Positions 1 to 14,200 of a stretch of DNA of 64,000 bases are shown in pieces. A model generated the notes under the pieces. It searched no databases. It was not told where the DNA came from and saw only the letters and a list, made by a program, of their open reading frames with translations. The translations under genes and the position numbers were made by a program. Numbering within the stretch: position 1 is the first letter of the stretch; each line of letters begins with the position of its first letter. The stretch covers positions 35,774,001 through 35,838,000 of the forward strand of contig OZ336882.1 in the NCBI GenBank assembly GCA_965287045.1, read 5' to 3'. The DNA is from Carcharhinus amblyrhynchos (Eukaryota).

Positions 1-3000
1 ATTACCTGGATTATCCTTGCTATCCTTCATGTCCTCCTGCAAAGTCTCGTGCTTTTCTGGTCATAAGGTCTTGCATTTCCTACTTTTTTCTGGTCCAGCG
101 GTCTTGAACTTTCTGCTGTTCTCTGGTCCAGAACTCTCACATTTTCTGCCATATTTTGGACTTGATGTATTGCACTCCTCTTTTCTGGTCCTGAAGTCTT
201 GCATGGTCTGCTGTTTTCAGTCCTCAATGTCTCTCTCTCTTTGCTATTCTCTGATCCTGAAATCTTCCATACTGCTGTTTTTCGATCCTAAAGTTTTTCA
301 CTCTGCTGTTTTCTGGTCCTAGAGTCTGACACTGTTTCCTGATTACTGGTCTTTAAGTCTTGCACTCTTTGCTGTTTCTCGTGCAGAATCCTCGCACTCA
401 CTGGTGTTTTCTGGTTCTAAAGTCTTTCACACTCTACTGTCTCCTGCCACATAGTCTTGCTCTCTCTATTGTCTCTTGCCCTGAAGACTCACACTAAGTG
501 CTGTTTCTGTCTCTGAAATTTCCCAGCCTCCACTGTTCATGACCACAAAATCTCTTACTTATCGCTGTCTCTTGTCCTGACGTCTCGCACTCACCAGTTT
601 CCTGCCCCGAAATCTCCCCCTACTGTTATCTCCCGGAGGTCTTGAATTCTCTGCTGTGTCCATGACCAAAATTTCTGCTATTTCCTGTCCCCAAGCTTTG
701 CACACACCGCTGTTTCCTATCCCAAGGTCCCTCACACAATGCTGTCTCCAGCCACAGATCCTCACTCACTGTATCTTGCCCCAAAGTATTGCACTCTCCA
801 CTGTTTCCTGTTCATAAAGTCACAGATTCCCTGCTGTTTTCTGGCTCCAAAGTCTCACAATGTCCACTATTTTCGAGTCCTGAAGTCTCACACTTTCTGT
901 TTTCTCTGGTCCAGAACTATTGCATTCTCTACTGTTTTCTAGTCCTGAAGGCTCACATACTCTGCTGTATCTGGCACTGAAGATTTGCACTTTCTACTGA
1001 TTTCTGGTCTTGAATTATGCAACTTTCTGCTGATTTCTCATTATGAAATCTCAAACTCTCTGTTGTTTGGAGGCTCTAATGTCTCTCACTCCTTCCTGAT
1101 TTTTAGTGCTGTCATCTACACTGTGCTCATTTCTGGTCCTGATGTCTCACAGCATCCTGTTCTTATAGTGTGCTGAAATCTCGTACTTTCTGGTCATAAA
1201 TTCATGCACTCTCTGCTGTCCTCTGGCCCCAATGCCTCTCACTCTCCACATTTCTGTAATCCTGAAGTCATTCACACCAGTTTTATGGTCCTAAATTCTG
1301 ACACTCTCCTGATTTCTAGTCCTGATGACTCAGAGCTTTCAGCTGATTTTTTGTCCTGAAATGTCACAATTTCTGCCATTCCCTGGTCCACAATTCTTGC
1401 ACCCTTGGTTGTTTTCTGATCCTAAAGTCTTGTATTCTCTTCTGTTTTCTAGTTCTGAAGTCTTGGAGTCTCTGCTGTTCTCTGTCCAGCACTATCATAC
1501 TGCCTGCTGTTTCCTGCCACAAAATCTCTGATTCTCAAGTGATTCCTCCGAAGGCTGTCACTCTGTGCATTTTTCTGCTCCTAAGTCTCTCAATCTCCAC
1601 TCTTTTCTGCCCTAATGTCTCTCAGGTTCTGCTATTTCCTGCCACAAAGTCTTGCACTCTCTGCTGTCTCCTACCCCGAAGTCTCGCACTCACTGCTGTT
1701 TCCTGTCCTAAAATCTCTCACTCTCGGCTATTTCTGTCTCCCAAGTCCTGCACTCTCCAATGTCTCCTGCACAATATCCCTCACACCCAGCTGTCTCAGC
1801 CAGAGTCAGTCTGTTGGCTGTCTCCTGCCCCAAAGTAGTGCACACTCCACTGTTTTTTGGTGTTAAAGCTGTGTACTCACTGCTGTTTTCTCATCCTGAA
1901 GTCTCACACTCTCTTCTGTTTCCTGGTCAAAAAGTCACACAATCCCTGTTTTCTGGCTCCAATCTCTCTATCTCTCCACTGTTCTCTGATCCTGATGTCT
2001 TTCACTCTGCTGTTTACTGATCCTATAGTCTCGGACTCTCTTCTGATTGCTAGTTGTGATGTCTCACATCCTCAGCTGTTTTCTCATCCTGAAGCTTCTC
2101 AATTACTGCTTTTTTTTAATCTTGATGCACTCTGCTGTTTTCTGGTCTGAACATCTTTCACTCTGCCATTTTCTGGTTCAGTATCCCTCCCTCTCTGTTG
2201 TTTCTGTGTCCTAATATCTCACATGCTCTCCTAATTACTGGTTCTGAAGTCACACATTCTCTGCTGATCTCTGGTCCTGATATCTCAACTCTCTGCTGAT
2301 TTCTCCTCCTGAAATCTTGCATGAAATGCTGTATTCTAGTCCTGAAGTCTCACACTCTGCCATTTACTGGTTCTGGAGTCTCTTCACAGATTCCTGATCC
2401 AAAATCTCTCATGCTCCATTGTCTTCAACCACAAAATATCTCATTCAACTGTGGCCTGCCCCAAAGTCTCTCACGATTGGTTTTCTCCTGCTAGAGTCTC
2501 ACTCTCTCAAATGTCTCCTGCCCCAAAGTATTGCACTCCATATTGTTTTCTAGTCATAAAGCCTCGTTCATACTCACTGCTGTTTTCTTGTCCTGAAGTC
2601 TTGCTCTCTCTTCTGTCTCCTGGTCATAAAGTCACACAATCTCTGCTGTTATCTGGCTCCAATGTCTCTATCTCTCCGCTGTTCTCTGATCCTGATGTCT
2701 TTCACTCTCTGCTGTTTTCTGGTCGTAAAGTCTGGCACTTTCTCCTAATTTCTATTCCTGATTTCTGACAACTCATTTGGCGTCCTGAAATATCACACTT
2801 TAATTTTTCCTAGTCCAAAATTTTCACGCTCTTGCTACTTTCTGATCCTAAAGTCTCTAAATTGTAGCCTGCCCCATGGTCTCTCACATTCCATTGTCTC
2901 CTGCCTCATTGTCTCACACAGCCACTGTTTCCTGCCCATAAATCTTTCAGTCTCCACCGTTTCCTTCCCAGAAGTCTCGAATCTATGCTGTTTCCTATAA

Positions 3001-5383
3001 CAATGTTTTATATACTCCGTCATCCTTTGTCCAGCGTCTCTCACTCACTGTTGTTTCCTGCTATGACATCCTTCACTCTCCACTGTTGCCTCCCTCAAAG
3101 TTGCAAACTCCCACTGCTTCCTGCACTGGACTCTTGATGTCTCTGTCGTTTTCTGGTCCTCAAGTCTCACAGTCTCTGCTCTTTCCTGCCACAAAATCTC
3201 TCATTCTTAAGTGTTTCCTATTCCAAAGTCTCTCACTCTGGTTTTTTTCCTAGTCCTAAGTCTCTCAATCTCTGCTCTTCCCTGCCCTGAGATTTCAATT
3301 TCTGCTTTTCCTGCCACATTGGCTCACACTCTCCACTGTTTCTGGCCCTGAAGTCCTGCACTCTCCCATGTCTCCAGCCCCAAGATCCCTCACACTCCAC
3401 CATCTCCAGCCATCGCTTCTCATTGTCTCAGCTATCACCTGCCCTGAAATATTGCACACTCTGCTGTTTTCTGTTCATAAAGCCTCATACCCACTGCTCG
3501 GTACTGGTCCTGAAGTCTTGCACTCTCCTATTTTCTGGTCCTAAAATCTCTCTGCTGTCTCCTGCTCCAAACCTCTTTCACTCCCCTGTCTTCCACCCTA
3601 AAATCTCATTCACTCAGCTCTGGTCTTCCCAAAGTCTCTCACACTCTTATCTCCTGGCATACCATTTCTACTCTGTCCGACATCTCCTGCCCTGAAGTCT
3701 CACCCAGCCGATGTTTCCTTCCCATAAATTTCTTACTCTCCACTGTCTCCTTCCCAGAGGTCTCAAATTCTCTGCAGTTTCCTGCCACAAAGCCTCATGC
3801 TCAACTTCTTACGACCCTAAATTTCTCAGTTTCCACAGTTTCCTGCCAAAATGTCTTTCTTATATGCTTTGTTGTCTCCTGCACCAAAATCTCTCACTCA
3901 CCATTGTTTCCTGCCACGAAATCTCTTCCCCTCCACACTTACCTTTCTTGAAATCGGGAGCTCTCTGCTGCTTCCTGCACTGGATTCTGGGAGTCTACTG
4001 TTGTTTTGGTCCTGAGATTTTGCGCTCTCTGCTCCTTCCTGGACCTCAATTTCCACTCTTTCCTACACTGAAGTCTCTCAGTTTCTGCTATTTCCTGCCA
4101 TGGTGTCTCGCACTCCCCGCTATTTCTGACCCTGAAGTTCCAGCACTCTCCAATGCCTCCAATCCCAATGTCCCTCACACTCCACCATCTCCAGCCACAG
4201 AGTCTTGCTCTCTCAGTTACCTCCTGCCCCAAAGTATTGCACGGTCCGCTGTTTTCTGGTCATAAAGCCTCATACTCATTGCTGGTTTCTGGTTCTGAAG
4301 TCTCGCACTCTCTGTTTTTTTCTGGCCCCCATAGTCTTGAACTATGTGCTGTTCTCTAATCCTGATGTTTTGCCCTCTGTTATTTTCTGGTCCTAAAAGC
4401 TGGCATTCTCTTCTGATGTCTTGCACTCTTGGCTGGTTTCTCAACTTGAAATCTCTCAATTTCTGCAGTTTGCCATTCCTAAAGGCTTGTACTCTGCTGT
4501 TGTCTGGTCTTAAAGTCTCGCATCCTTCCTGATTACCGGATCTGAAGTCATGATGCATTCTCCGCTGATTTCGTGTCTTGAGATCGCAAACTGAATGCTA
4601 TTTCTTGTCATGAAATCTTGCACCTAATGCTGTTCACTGGTCCTGAAGTTGCTCTTCTGTCTCCTGATATAAAAATCTCTCACTCTGCTGACATCTACCG
4701 CAAAATCTCACTCCATTGTTTGCTACTACAGAGTAGTACTCTCTCCAATGTCTCCTGCCCTGAAAAATCACACAGCCGCTGTTTTCGTCCATAAATCACT
4801 CGTTCTCCACTATTTCATTCTCCACTGTTTGGTCCTAAAGTCCTGATGTCTCACAACGTTCTGCTGATTTTGGTTCCCAGAAGTCTCCCAGCTTTCTATT
4901 GATACTGGTCCTGAAGTCTTGCATTCTGCTGTTTTCTAACAGTCTCTCACTGTCCACAGCTCTTTGATCCTGATGTCTGGCATGCGTCTGTTTTCTGATC
5001 CTAATGTTGCTTTTCTCTAGTCCGAAGACCTGGCACTCTATGAAGTCACACATTCTCTGCTGATTTCTGGTCAAAACTCTTGCACTCTCCTCCATTTGCA
5101 GGACCTGAAGTCTCTCCCCTGTCTCCTTCAATGAAATCTCTCACACTCCATTCTCTTTTACCCCAAAATCTCACAGACTCTGCTATAGCTTGCCCCAAAG
5201 TCGCACACTGTTGTTTACTGGCACAGAGTCTCACTGTCTCTAATATCTCCTACCCCAAATGCTCACTCAGCCAATATTTCCTGCCTGTAAATATCTCACT
5301 TTCCACTGTTACCTTCCCAGAAATTTCAAACTCGTCACTGTTTCCTGCCACAGTGTCTCGGGCTCAGCTGTTTATGACCCTAC

Positions 5384-5510
5384 GGTCGGAATTTTCCCGG
5401 TGCACCCGCCCCGATTTGGGGGGTGGGCGAGGCTCGGAGAACAGCATTCTCCTTTGGCCTCAGGTGGGATTGTACGAACCTCGGGCAGACATGTTGGTAA
5501 AATTCCACCC
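5384..5510. mobile_element. 127-bp MITE, PIF/Harbinger (Tourist)-like
   Basis: GC-rich island. Left end GGTCGGAATTTTCCC and reverse complement of right end GGGTGGAATTTTACC match at 12/15. Flanked by TAC (5381-5383) and TAA (5511-5513). Removing it restores the recurring satellite landmark TTTATGACCC-TAA-AT. Confidence 0.75.
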
Positions 5511-7743
5511 TAAATTTCTCAATCTGCACATTTTCTTCCAAAATGTCTTCCATTATCCGTTGTTTCCTGCACCAAGGTCCCTCACTCACAATGTTCCTGT
5601 CACAAAATTGCTCACTTTTCACAGTTTCCTTCCCAGAAGCTGCACTCTTCTGTTTTCTACACTGAAATTTTGAACTCTCTGCTTTTTTTCTGGTCTGCAA
5701 GTCTTGCATTTTGTCTGTTCACTGGACTAAATCTCTCACAAAGTCTGCTGATTGCTTGTCTTGAGATCTTGCACGCTCTTGATTTCTAGTTCTGATATCT
5801 CACCATGTTCTGCTGATTTCTGATCCCTAAAGTCTCACAACATTCTGCTGATACCTGGTCCTGAAGTCTCGCACTAAATGCTTTTTTCAGATCCTGAAGT
5901 CCTTCCCTCTGCTGTTTGCTGGTCCTAAAGCCCACCACTCTCTCTAGATTTCTAGTCCTTTTTTCTCACATCTTTCTGCTGATATCTGAAGTGTTGCCCT
6001 CTTGTTCACTAGTCATAAATCTCACAACTTCCTGCTGTTTTCTGATCCTGAAGTATTGCACTCTGCCCTTTTCTGATCCTGCAGTCCATCATTGTCTGCT
6101 GTTTTCTGGCCCTAAAATTTCCCACTCTCTCCTGATTCCTGCAACTGAAGTTATGCATAATCTGCCAATTTCTGGCCCTGACATCTCACAACTTTCTGCT
6201 GACTTCTCATCCTGAAATTTTGCATTTCCATCGTTTTCAGAACCTGAAGCCTCTCCACTGTCTTCTGCCCTACAGTCTCTCAGACTCCACTGTCTTCTAC
6301 CCTGAAATCTCACACACTTCACTGTAGCCTGCCCCAAAGTCTCACACTCAGTTGTCTCCTGCTACAGAGTCTTGCCCTCTCCGGTGTCTCCTGCACCAAA
6401 GTCTGTCAATCACCACGGTTTCCTTCCTCAAAGTCTTGAACTCTCTGCTGTTTCCTGCCACAAAGACTTGCACTCAGCTTCTTACGATCCTAAATCTCTC
6501 AATCTCCACATCTTCCTGCCAAAAAGTGTTCCACTCTCTGTTATCTCCTGCACCATGGTCTCTCACTCACCGCTGTTTCCTGCTACAAGATCTCTCACTC
6601 TCCACAATGTCCTTTCCATGAAGTTTCCATCTCTCCGCTGTTTCCCACACTGAGATCTTGAACTCTCTGCTTTTTTTTGGTCTTAAAGTCTGGCATTCTC
6701 TCCTGATTTCTAGTCCTGATGTCTCCCAGCTTACGGCTGATTTCTGAACCCCAGCATCTCACTACTTCTGCTGATATCTAGTCCTGAAGTCTTGCACTAT
6801 CAACTGTTTTCTGGTCCAGAAGTCTAGTAATCTCTGCTGTTTTCTGGTCCTGAAGTGTTTCACTTTGCTTTTCTCTCGTTCTAAAGATTTGCACTCTCTC
6901 CTGATTTTTATTCCTGATGTCTCACAATGTTCTGCTGATTTCTAGCACCCGAAGTCTCCCATCTCTCTGCTGATACCTGGTGCTGATGTTTCGTACTTTC
7001 TGTAGTTTTCTGGTCATAAAGTCAGGCACTCTGCTGTTTTCTGGCCCCAGTGTCTCTCACTGTCCACTGTTCTCAGATTCTGATGTCTTGCACTCTGCTG
7101 TTTTCTGGCTCTAAATCCTAGTACTTTCTCCTGATTTCTAGTCCTGTCTTCTCACATCTTTCTGCTGATATCTGGTCCCTGAAGTGTCACACTCTCTTCT
7201 GTTTCCTAGCTGTAAAGTTTGAAACTCTCTGCTGTTCCCTCCACTGTTTCATCCCCGGATATCTCAAACTCTCTGCTGTTTTCTGCCACAAAGTCTCGCA
7301 CTCAGCTTTTTACGACACTGAATTTGTCAATCTCCACATTCTCCTGCACTGAAGTCTGTCAATCACTGCAGTTTCGTTCCTCAAAGTCATATGCTGTCCG
7401 TTATTTCCTGCACCGAAGACTTCATTCACCATTGTTTCCTTCCTGGAAGTGTCAAACTTTCACCTGTTTCCTGCTGTTTTCTGAACCTCATGTCTTGCAC
7501 TTTTGGCTGTTTGCTGGACCAGATCGCTTGCACTCTTTGCTGATTTCTGGTGCCTTAAGTCTTGCACTCGCTGTGGTTATAAGATCTTGCACTCCCTGCT
7601 GCACCCTGGTCCAGAATTCTCAAACTCTCTATTGCTTCTTGGTCCTGAGGTCTCACAACCTTCTGCTTATTTCTGATCTTGAAGTCCCCCAATCTCTGCA
7701 TGTTGCAGATCCAAACGTCTTGAACACTCTGGTATTTATCAGC

Positions 7744-8296
7744 ATTTGAGAAAGGATATATTGGCCTTGGAGGGAGTACAGAGAAGGTTCACCAGGCTGA
7801 TACCAGAGATGAGGGGGTTAGCTCATGAAGAGAGATTGAATAGACTGGGTCTGTACTCGTTAGAGTTTAGAAGGCTGAGGGAGGATCATATAGAGACTTA
7901 CAAGATAATGAAGGGGCTAGATAGGGTAGAGGTAGAGAGATTCTTCCCACTTAGAAAGGATAGCAGAACTAGAGGGCACAGCCTCAAAATAATTCAGGGG
8001 TCGGGGGCGGGGGGGGGGATGCAGTTTAGAACAGAATTGAGGAGGAACTTCTTCACTCAAAAGGTGGTGAATCTCTGGAATTCTCTGCCCGTTGAAGTGG
8101 TGGAGGCTATCCTGTTGAATATATTTAAGTCACAGGTAGATAGAATTCTGATAGACAAGGGAATTAAGGGTTATGGGGAGAAAGCAGGAAAGTGGAACTG
8201 ATCCACTTCAGATCAGCCATGATCTTATTGAATGGCGGGGCAGGCTCAAAGGGCTAGATGGCCTATTCCTGCTCCTATTTCTTGTGTGCTTATGTT
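7744..8296 (+). mobile_element. CR1-clade LINE, 3' fragment (ORF2 C-terminus, 3' UTR and tail)
   Basis: ORF 7746-8201 reads KDILALEGVQRRFTRLIP...RRNFFTQKVVNLWNSLP, the CR1 ORF2 C-terminus. The 3' UTR ends in a degenerate TTCTTATG-type tail. Same subfamily as 24143-25314. Confidence 0.93.
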
Positions 8297-11200
8297 TTCA
8301 GGCCCAAAACACTTGCAGTTTACCATTTTTTGATCATGAAGTCTTGCACCCTGCACTTTTCTGGTCCAGATGTCGTTCTTTCTGCTGTGTTCTGGTCTTA
8401 AGGTCTGGAACTCTCTCCTGATTTCTGCTTCTGAAGTCTAACAATGTTGTGATGATTTCTGATCCCTGAGGTCTTGCACTTTCTACTGATTTCTCGTCCT
8501 GCAGTCTTGCACACTATTCCTGATGTCTCACAACATTTTGCTGATTCCTGATTTTTGAAGTCTCCCAACTTTCTGCTGATACCTGGTCCTGAAATCTCAT
8601 ACTTTCTGCTATTTTCCAATGTCTCTCACTGTCCACTGTTATATGATCCTGATGTGTTGCTCTTTGCTGTTTATGGCTTGTAACATCTTTAACTCTGTGT
8701 TTTCTGCTCCAAAAATCACGCAATGTCTCCTGATTTCTAGTCCTAATGTCTCATGACTTATTGCTGATTTCTTGTCCCTGAAGTCTCACACTCTCTGTGG
8801 TGTCCTGGTCATAAAGTCCTCCATTCGCCATTGTTTCCTGGTCCAGAATTCTCAAATTCTCTGCTGTTTTCTGGTCCTGAGGTCTCACAACTTTCTGCTT
8901 AATTCTGACCTTGAACTCCCTCTATCTCTGCTGTTTTTTTGGCTCTGAAGTCTTGAGCACTCCAGTGTTTTCTGGTCCGGAACTCTTGCATTCTCTGCCA
9001 TTTTCTGACTGTGAAGTCTTGAATCCTGCTGTTGTCTGGACCAGACTGTCTTTCATTCAGCTGTGTTCTGATCCTCAGGACTGGCATTCTCTCCTGATTT
9101 CTGGTCCTGATGCCTCACAACATTCTCCTGCTTTCTGGTTCCTGAGGTCTTGCACTTCCTTCTGATTTCTCATCCTGATGTCTCGCACTCTTTGCTGCTT
9201 TCTGGTTCTGAGGACTCAACCTTCTGTTCCTCTCAGTCCTTGAAGTTCCTCAATCTTTGCTGTTCTCTGATCCAGAAGTCTAGAATTTTTGTACTCTTCC
9301 ATTTTCTGATCACGAAGACTTGCGCCCTGCTCTTTTCCGGTCCAGATGTCTTTTATTCTGCTGTCATAAGATCTTGTACTCTCTATTGATTCTGCTGTCA
9401 TAAGATCTTGCACTCTCTGTTGATTTCTCATCCTGAGGTCTTGCGCTCACTCTTGATTTCTAGTTCTGAAGTCTATGTTCTGTTCATTTCTGATCCCTGA
9501 AGTCTTAACTTTCTTCTGATACCTAATCCTAAAGTCTCTCACTTTCTGCTGTTTTCTGGTCATAAAGTCAGACACTTTGCTCATTCCTGTCCCCAATGAC
9601 TCTCACTATCCACTGTTCTTGAATCTTGATGTAATTCACTTTGCTGTTTCTGGGCCAAAAGTTTTGCACTCTCTCCTGATCTCCAGTTCTGACATTTCAC
9701 AACTTTCTGCTGTTCCCTAGTCCAGTATTCTCACATACTTTGCTGCTTTCTGGTTCTGAGCACTTATTACTTTCTGTTCCTGTCAGATCTTGAAGTCCCT
9801 CAATCTCTGCTGTTTTCTGGTCCATAAAAACTGTTTTTTTCCTGGCCCAGAATTCTCATACGATTATCTGTTTTCAGGTCCTGAAGTATCGCAGTCTCTG
9901 CTGTTTTCTGGTCCTGAAGCCACTCACTCTGTTGTTTTTTGGTCCAAAGGTTTAGCATCCTCTCCTGACTTCCACTCATGATATCTCACAACGTTCTGCT
10001 GATTTCTGGTCCCAGAAATCTCCCAACTTTCTGCTGATACCTGGTCCTGAAATCGCTCACTTTCTTCTGTTTCCTGGTCATAAAGTCAGGCACTCTGCTG
10101 TTTTCTGGCCTCAGTGTCTCTCACTGACTACTGTTCTTTGCTCCTGATGTCTTTCACACTGCTGTTTACTGGTCCTTAAGTCTGCCACTCTTTCGATTTC
10201 TAGTGCTGTTTTCTCACACCTTTCTGCTGATTTCCAGTCACTAACTAAACTCCCACACTCTTTTCTGTTTCTGCTCATAAATTCTCACACTCTGCTGTTC
10301 ACTCATTCAGAATTCTCTCACTCTCTGCTGTTTCCAGGTCCTAAATCTTGCAACTTACTGCTAATTTCTGATCCTGAAGTATCACACTCTGTTGATTTCT
10401 GGTCTTGAATGTCACAACTTTCTGCTGATTTCTGGTCCTGAAATCTCACTGTCCATTGCTTTCAGGACCTGATGTCTCGCCATTGTCTTGCTCTACTGTC
10501 TTTTATGCCTAAATACGATACCCTCCATAATGGCCTGCGTTTCAAACTCTGTTGTCTCCTGTCACAGAGTCTCGCCCCTCCGATGTCTCCTGTAACAAAG
10601 TCCCAGAAATCTCTGCTCTTTCCTGCCACAAAATCTCACACTCAACTTTTTAATGACCCTAAATCTCTCAATCTGCACATTTTCCTGCCTAAAAGTCTTC
10701 CACTCTCCATTATGTCCTGCACCAAAATCTCTCACTCACTGCTGATTTGTGCCACAAAATCTCTCACTCTCCATTTTTTCCTTCCCGGAAGTGCCAAACT
10801 CTCACCTGTTTTCTGCGCCAAAATCTTGAACTCTGCTGTTTTCTGGTCTACAAGTCTTGCACTTTCAGCTGTTCTCTGGAGCAGAACACTCGCATTCTCT
10901 GCTGATTTCTTGTTCTGATGTCTTGCACTTGTTTTTGATTTCTTGTTCTGATGTCACATCATGTTCTGTTCATTTCTGGTCCTTAAAGTCTCACAACTCT
11001 GTGCTCTTTCCTGGTCCTGAAGTCTCTCAATCTCTCCTGTCTTCTGGTCCCAAGGTTTGGGATCCTCTCCCGATTTCCAGTCCTGAAGTCTCCCAGCTTT
11101 TCTTTGATATTTGGTCCTGAACTCTCGCAATTTCTGCTGTTGTCTAATCATAATGTCTCTCACTGTCCACTGTTCTCTGATCCTGATGTCTTCCATGCTG

Positions 11201-14200
11201 CTGTTTTCTGGTCCTAAAGTATTTCACTCGACCGTTTTCTGGTCCTAAAGCCTTCAACTCTCTTGATTTCTAGTCTCATTTTCTCAAAACTTTATGCTGA
11301 TTTCTGGTCACTGAAGTGATGCATTCTCTTCTGTTTCCTGGTCATAAATACTTGTATTCTCTGCTGTTTTCTGGTCCAAATTGTCACAACTTTCTGCTGT
11401 TCTCTGATCCTGAAGTCATGCATTCTGCTTTCTGGTCCTGCAGTCTCTCCTTCTTTGCTGTTTTCTGGTCCTAAAATCTACCCAGATTTCTTCCTCTGAA
11501 GTCATACATTCCTTGCTGGTTTCTGGTCCTGACATCTCAAAACTTTCTGCAGACTTGTGGTCCTGAAATCTCACACTGTCCACCATTTTCAGAAATTGAA
11601 GTCTCTCCACTGTGTCCTGCTTTAAAGTCTCTCAGACTGCAATGTCTCCTACCTCAAAATCTCACATTCTCTGCTATAGCCTGCCCCAAAGTCTCACACT
11701 TAGTTGCCTCCTGCCACAGGCTCTCGCTTTCTCCGGTGTGTCCTGCATCAAAGTTTCCCAATCACTATAGTTTCTTTCCTGGAAGTTTCTGTGGTGCCCT
11801 GGTCATAAGATCTTGCACTCCCTGCTACCCCTGGTCCAGAATTCTTGAACTTGGCTGCTTTCTGATCCTGAGCTATCACAACTTTCTGCTTATTTCCGAT
11901 CTTGAACTCCCTCAATCTCTGCTGTTTGCTGGTCCAAACGTCATCAACACTCTGGTGTTTTCTGGTCCGAAACTCTTGCACTCTTCCATTTTCTCATTGT
12001 GAAAACTTGCACCCTGCTGTTTTCTGGTCCAAATGTCTTTCTTTCTGTTGTGTTCTGGTCTTGAACTCTGGAACTCTCTCCTGATTTCTCAACACGTAGT
12101 TTAACAATTTTCTGATGATTTCTGATCCCTTAAGTCTTGCACTCTCTACTATCTCTGGTCCTGCAATCTTGCACTGTCCCATGATTTCTAGTTCTGTGTT
12201 TCACCATGTTCTCTTGATTTCTGGTCCTTAAAGTCTCACAACTTTCTGCTGAAAACTTGTCCTGAAGTCTGCTGTTTTCTGGTCAAAGAGTCTGGTGTCC
12301 TCTCCTGTTTTCCATCCTAATGTCTCACAAGTTTCTACTGATATCTGCTCCTAAAGTCTCGAACTATATGCAGTTTACAGGTTGTGAAGTCTTGGTACAT
12401 ACACTCTTTGTTCCCTGGTCCTGAGATCTCACAACTTTCTGCTCTTTTTTGATTGTGAAGTCTCTCAAGCTCAGCTGTTTTCCAGAGCTGAAATCCTTCA
12501 CTCCGCTGTTTACTGACCCAAACATCTGGCCTCCTCTTATGATTTCTGGTCCCGATGTCTCACACACTTTCCACTGATACCTAGCCCTGACATCTAGTAC
12601 TAGGTGCTCTTTTCTGATCCTGAAGTCATTCACTCTGCTGTTTTCTGGTCCAAAGGTCTGGCATTCTGTTCTGATGTCTTGTCCTGATGTCTCTTGATGT
12701 TCTGCTGATTTCTGCTCCCAGAAGTCTTCCAAATTTCTGCTGATGCCTGGTACTGAAGTCTCACAATTTCTGCTGTTTTCTGGTGATAAAGTCAGGCACT
12801 CTACCTGTCTTGTACTTTGCTGTTTTCAGGTCCTAAAGTATTTCAGTCTGCTGTTTTCTGTTCCTAAAGCCTGCCACACTTTCTTGATTTCTAGTCCTGT
12901 TTTTTCACATCTTTATGATTTCGGACACAGAAGCCTCTCCTTCTCTGATCTTTTCTGGTCCTAAAAGCTTGCACTGTCTCTTGATACGTTCCTCTGAGGT
13001 CATGTATTCTCTGCTGATTTCTGTCCCTGACATCTCACAACTTTTTGCTGAGTTCTGGTCCTGGAATCTCACACTCTCCACCATTTTCAGAACCTGCAGT
13101 CTCTCCACTGTCTCCTGCCCTAAAATCTCTGACACTCCATTGTCTTCTACCACAAAATATCACATAGTCCACTATGGCCTGCCCCAAGGTCTCACACTCA
13201 GTTGTCTCCTGCCACAAAGTCTTCTTCTCTCTGATGTTTCCTACACCAAAGTCTCTCAATCACTGCTGTTTCCTTTCCAGAATCTCGAACTCTCCGCTGT
13301 TTCCTGCCACAACGTTTCACACTCAACTTGTTATGACCCTAAATCTCTCAATCACCACATTTTCCAGCCGAAAAACGTTACATTCTCCATTGTCTCCTGC
13401 ACCATAGTCTCTCATTTACTGCAGCTTCCTGCCACAAATTCTCTCACCCTCCACACTTTCCTTCCCAGGAGTTTCAAACTCTCCTGTTTCCCACACTGAG
13501 ATCTTGAACTGGTCCGCACTTTTTGCTGTTCTAAAACTCTCGCAATTTCTCTGCTGATTTCTCATCATTATGTCTTGCACTCACTCTTAACTTCTATTTC
13601 TGATGTCACATCATTATCTGTTGATTTCTGTAACCTAAGGTCTCACAACTTTCAGCTGATACCTGGTCTTACTATCTGTTGATATCTGGTCCTGTAACTT
13701 TGAACTTTCTGCTGTTTTCTGGTCTGGAATTCTTGTACTCAATGCTGTTCTTTGATTCTGATGTTCAATCTGGTGTTTTCTGGTGCAAAAGTCTGACATC
13801 CGCACCATTTTTTTTCCTGATGTCACAAAGTTCTGCTGATTTCTGGTCCCAGACATCCCCCAACTTTCTGCTGATACCTAGTGTGGACTTCTTGCTCTTG
13901 CTGCTGTTTTCTGGTCATAGTCTTGCACTCTGCTGCTTTCCAGCACCAATGTCTCTCACTGTCTGATATTATCTGATCCTGATGTCTTGCACTTTGATGA
14001 TTACGGCTTTCACTCCACTGTTTTATGTCCAAAGGTTTGGTGTTCCCTCCTGATTTCTAGTCCCAGTGTCTCACAATTTATTGCTGATGTCTGGTGCTTG
14101 AAGTCTTGCACTCACTGTGGTGTCCTGGTCATAAGATTTTACACTTCCTGATGTTCCTGGTCCAGAATTCTCAAACTCTCTGCTGCTTTCTGGCCCTGAG

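Noticed and set aside
430-4240. GGGCAGGA on the minus strand of the 32-bp monomers, resembling the Jeffreys minisatellite core
   Set aside because: An 8-bp match in only some monomers is too short to imply homology or function.
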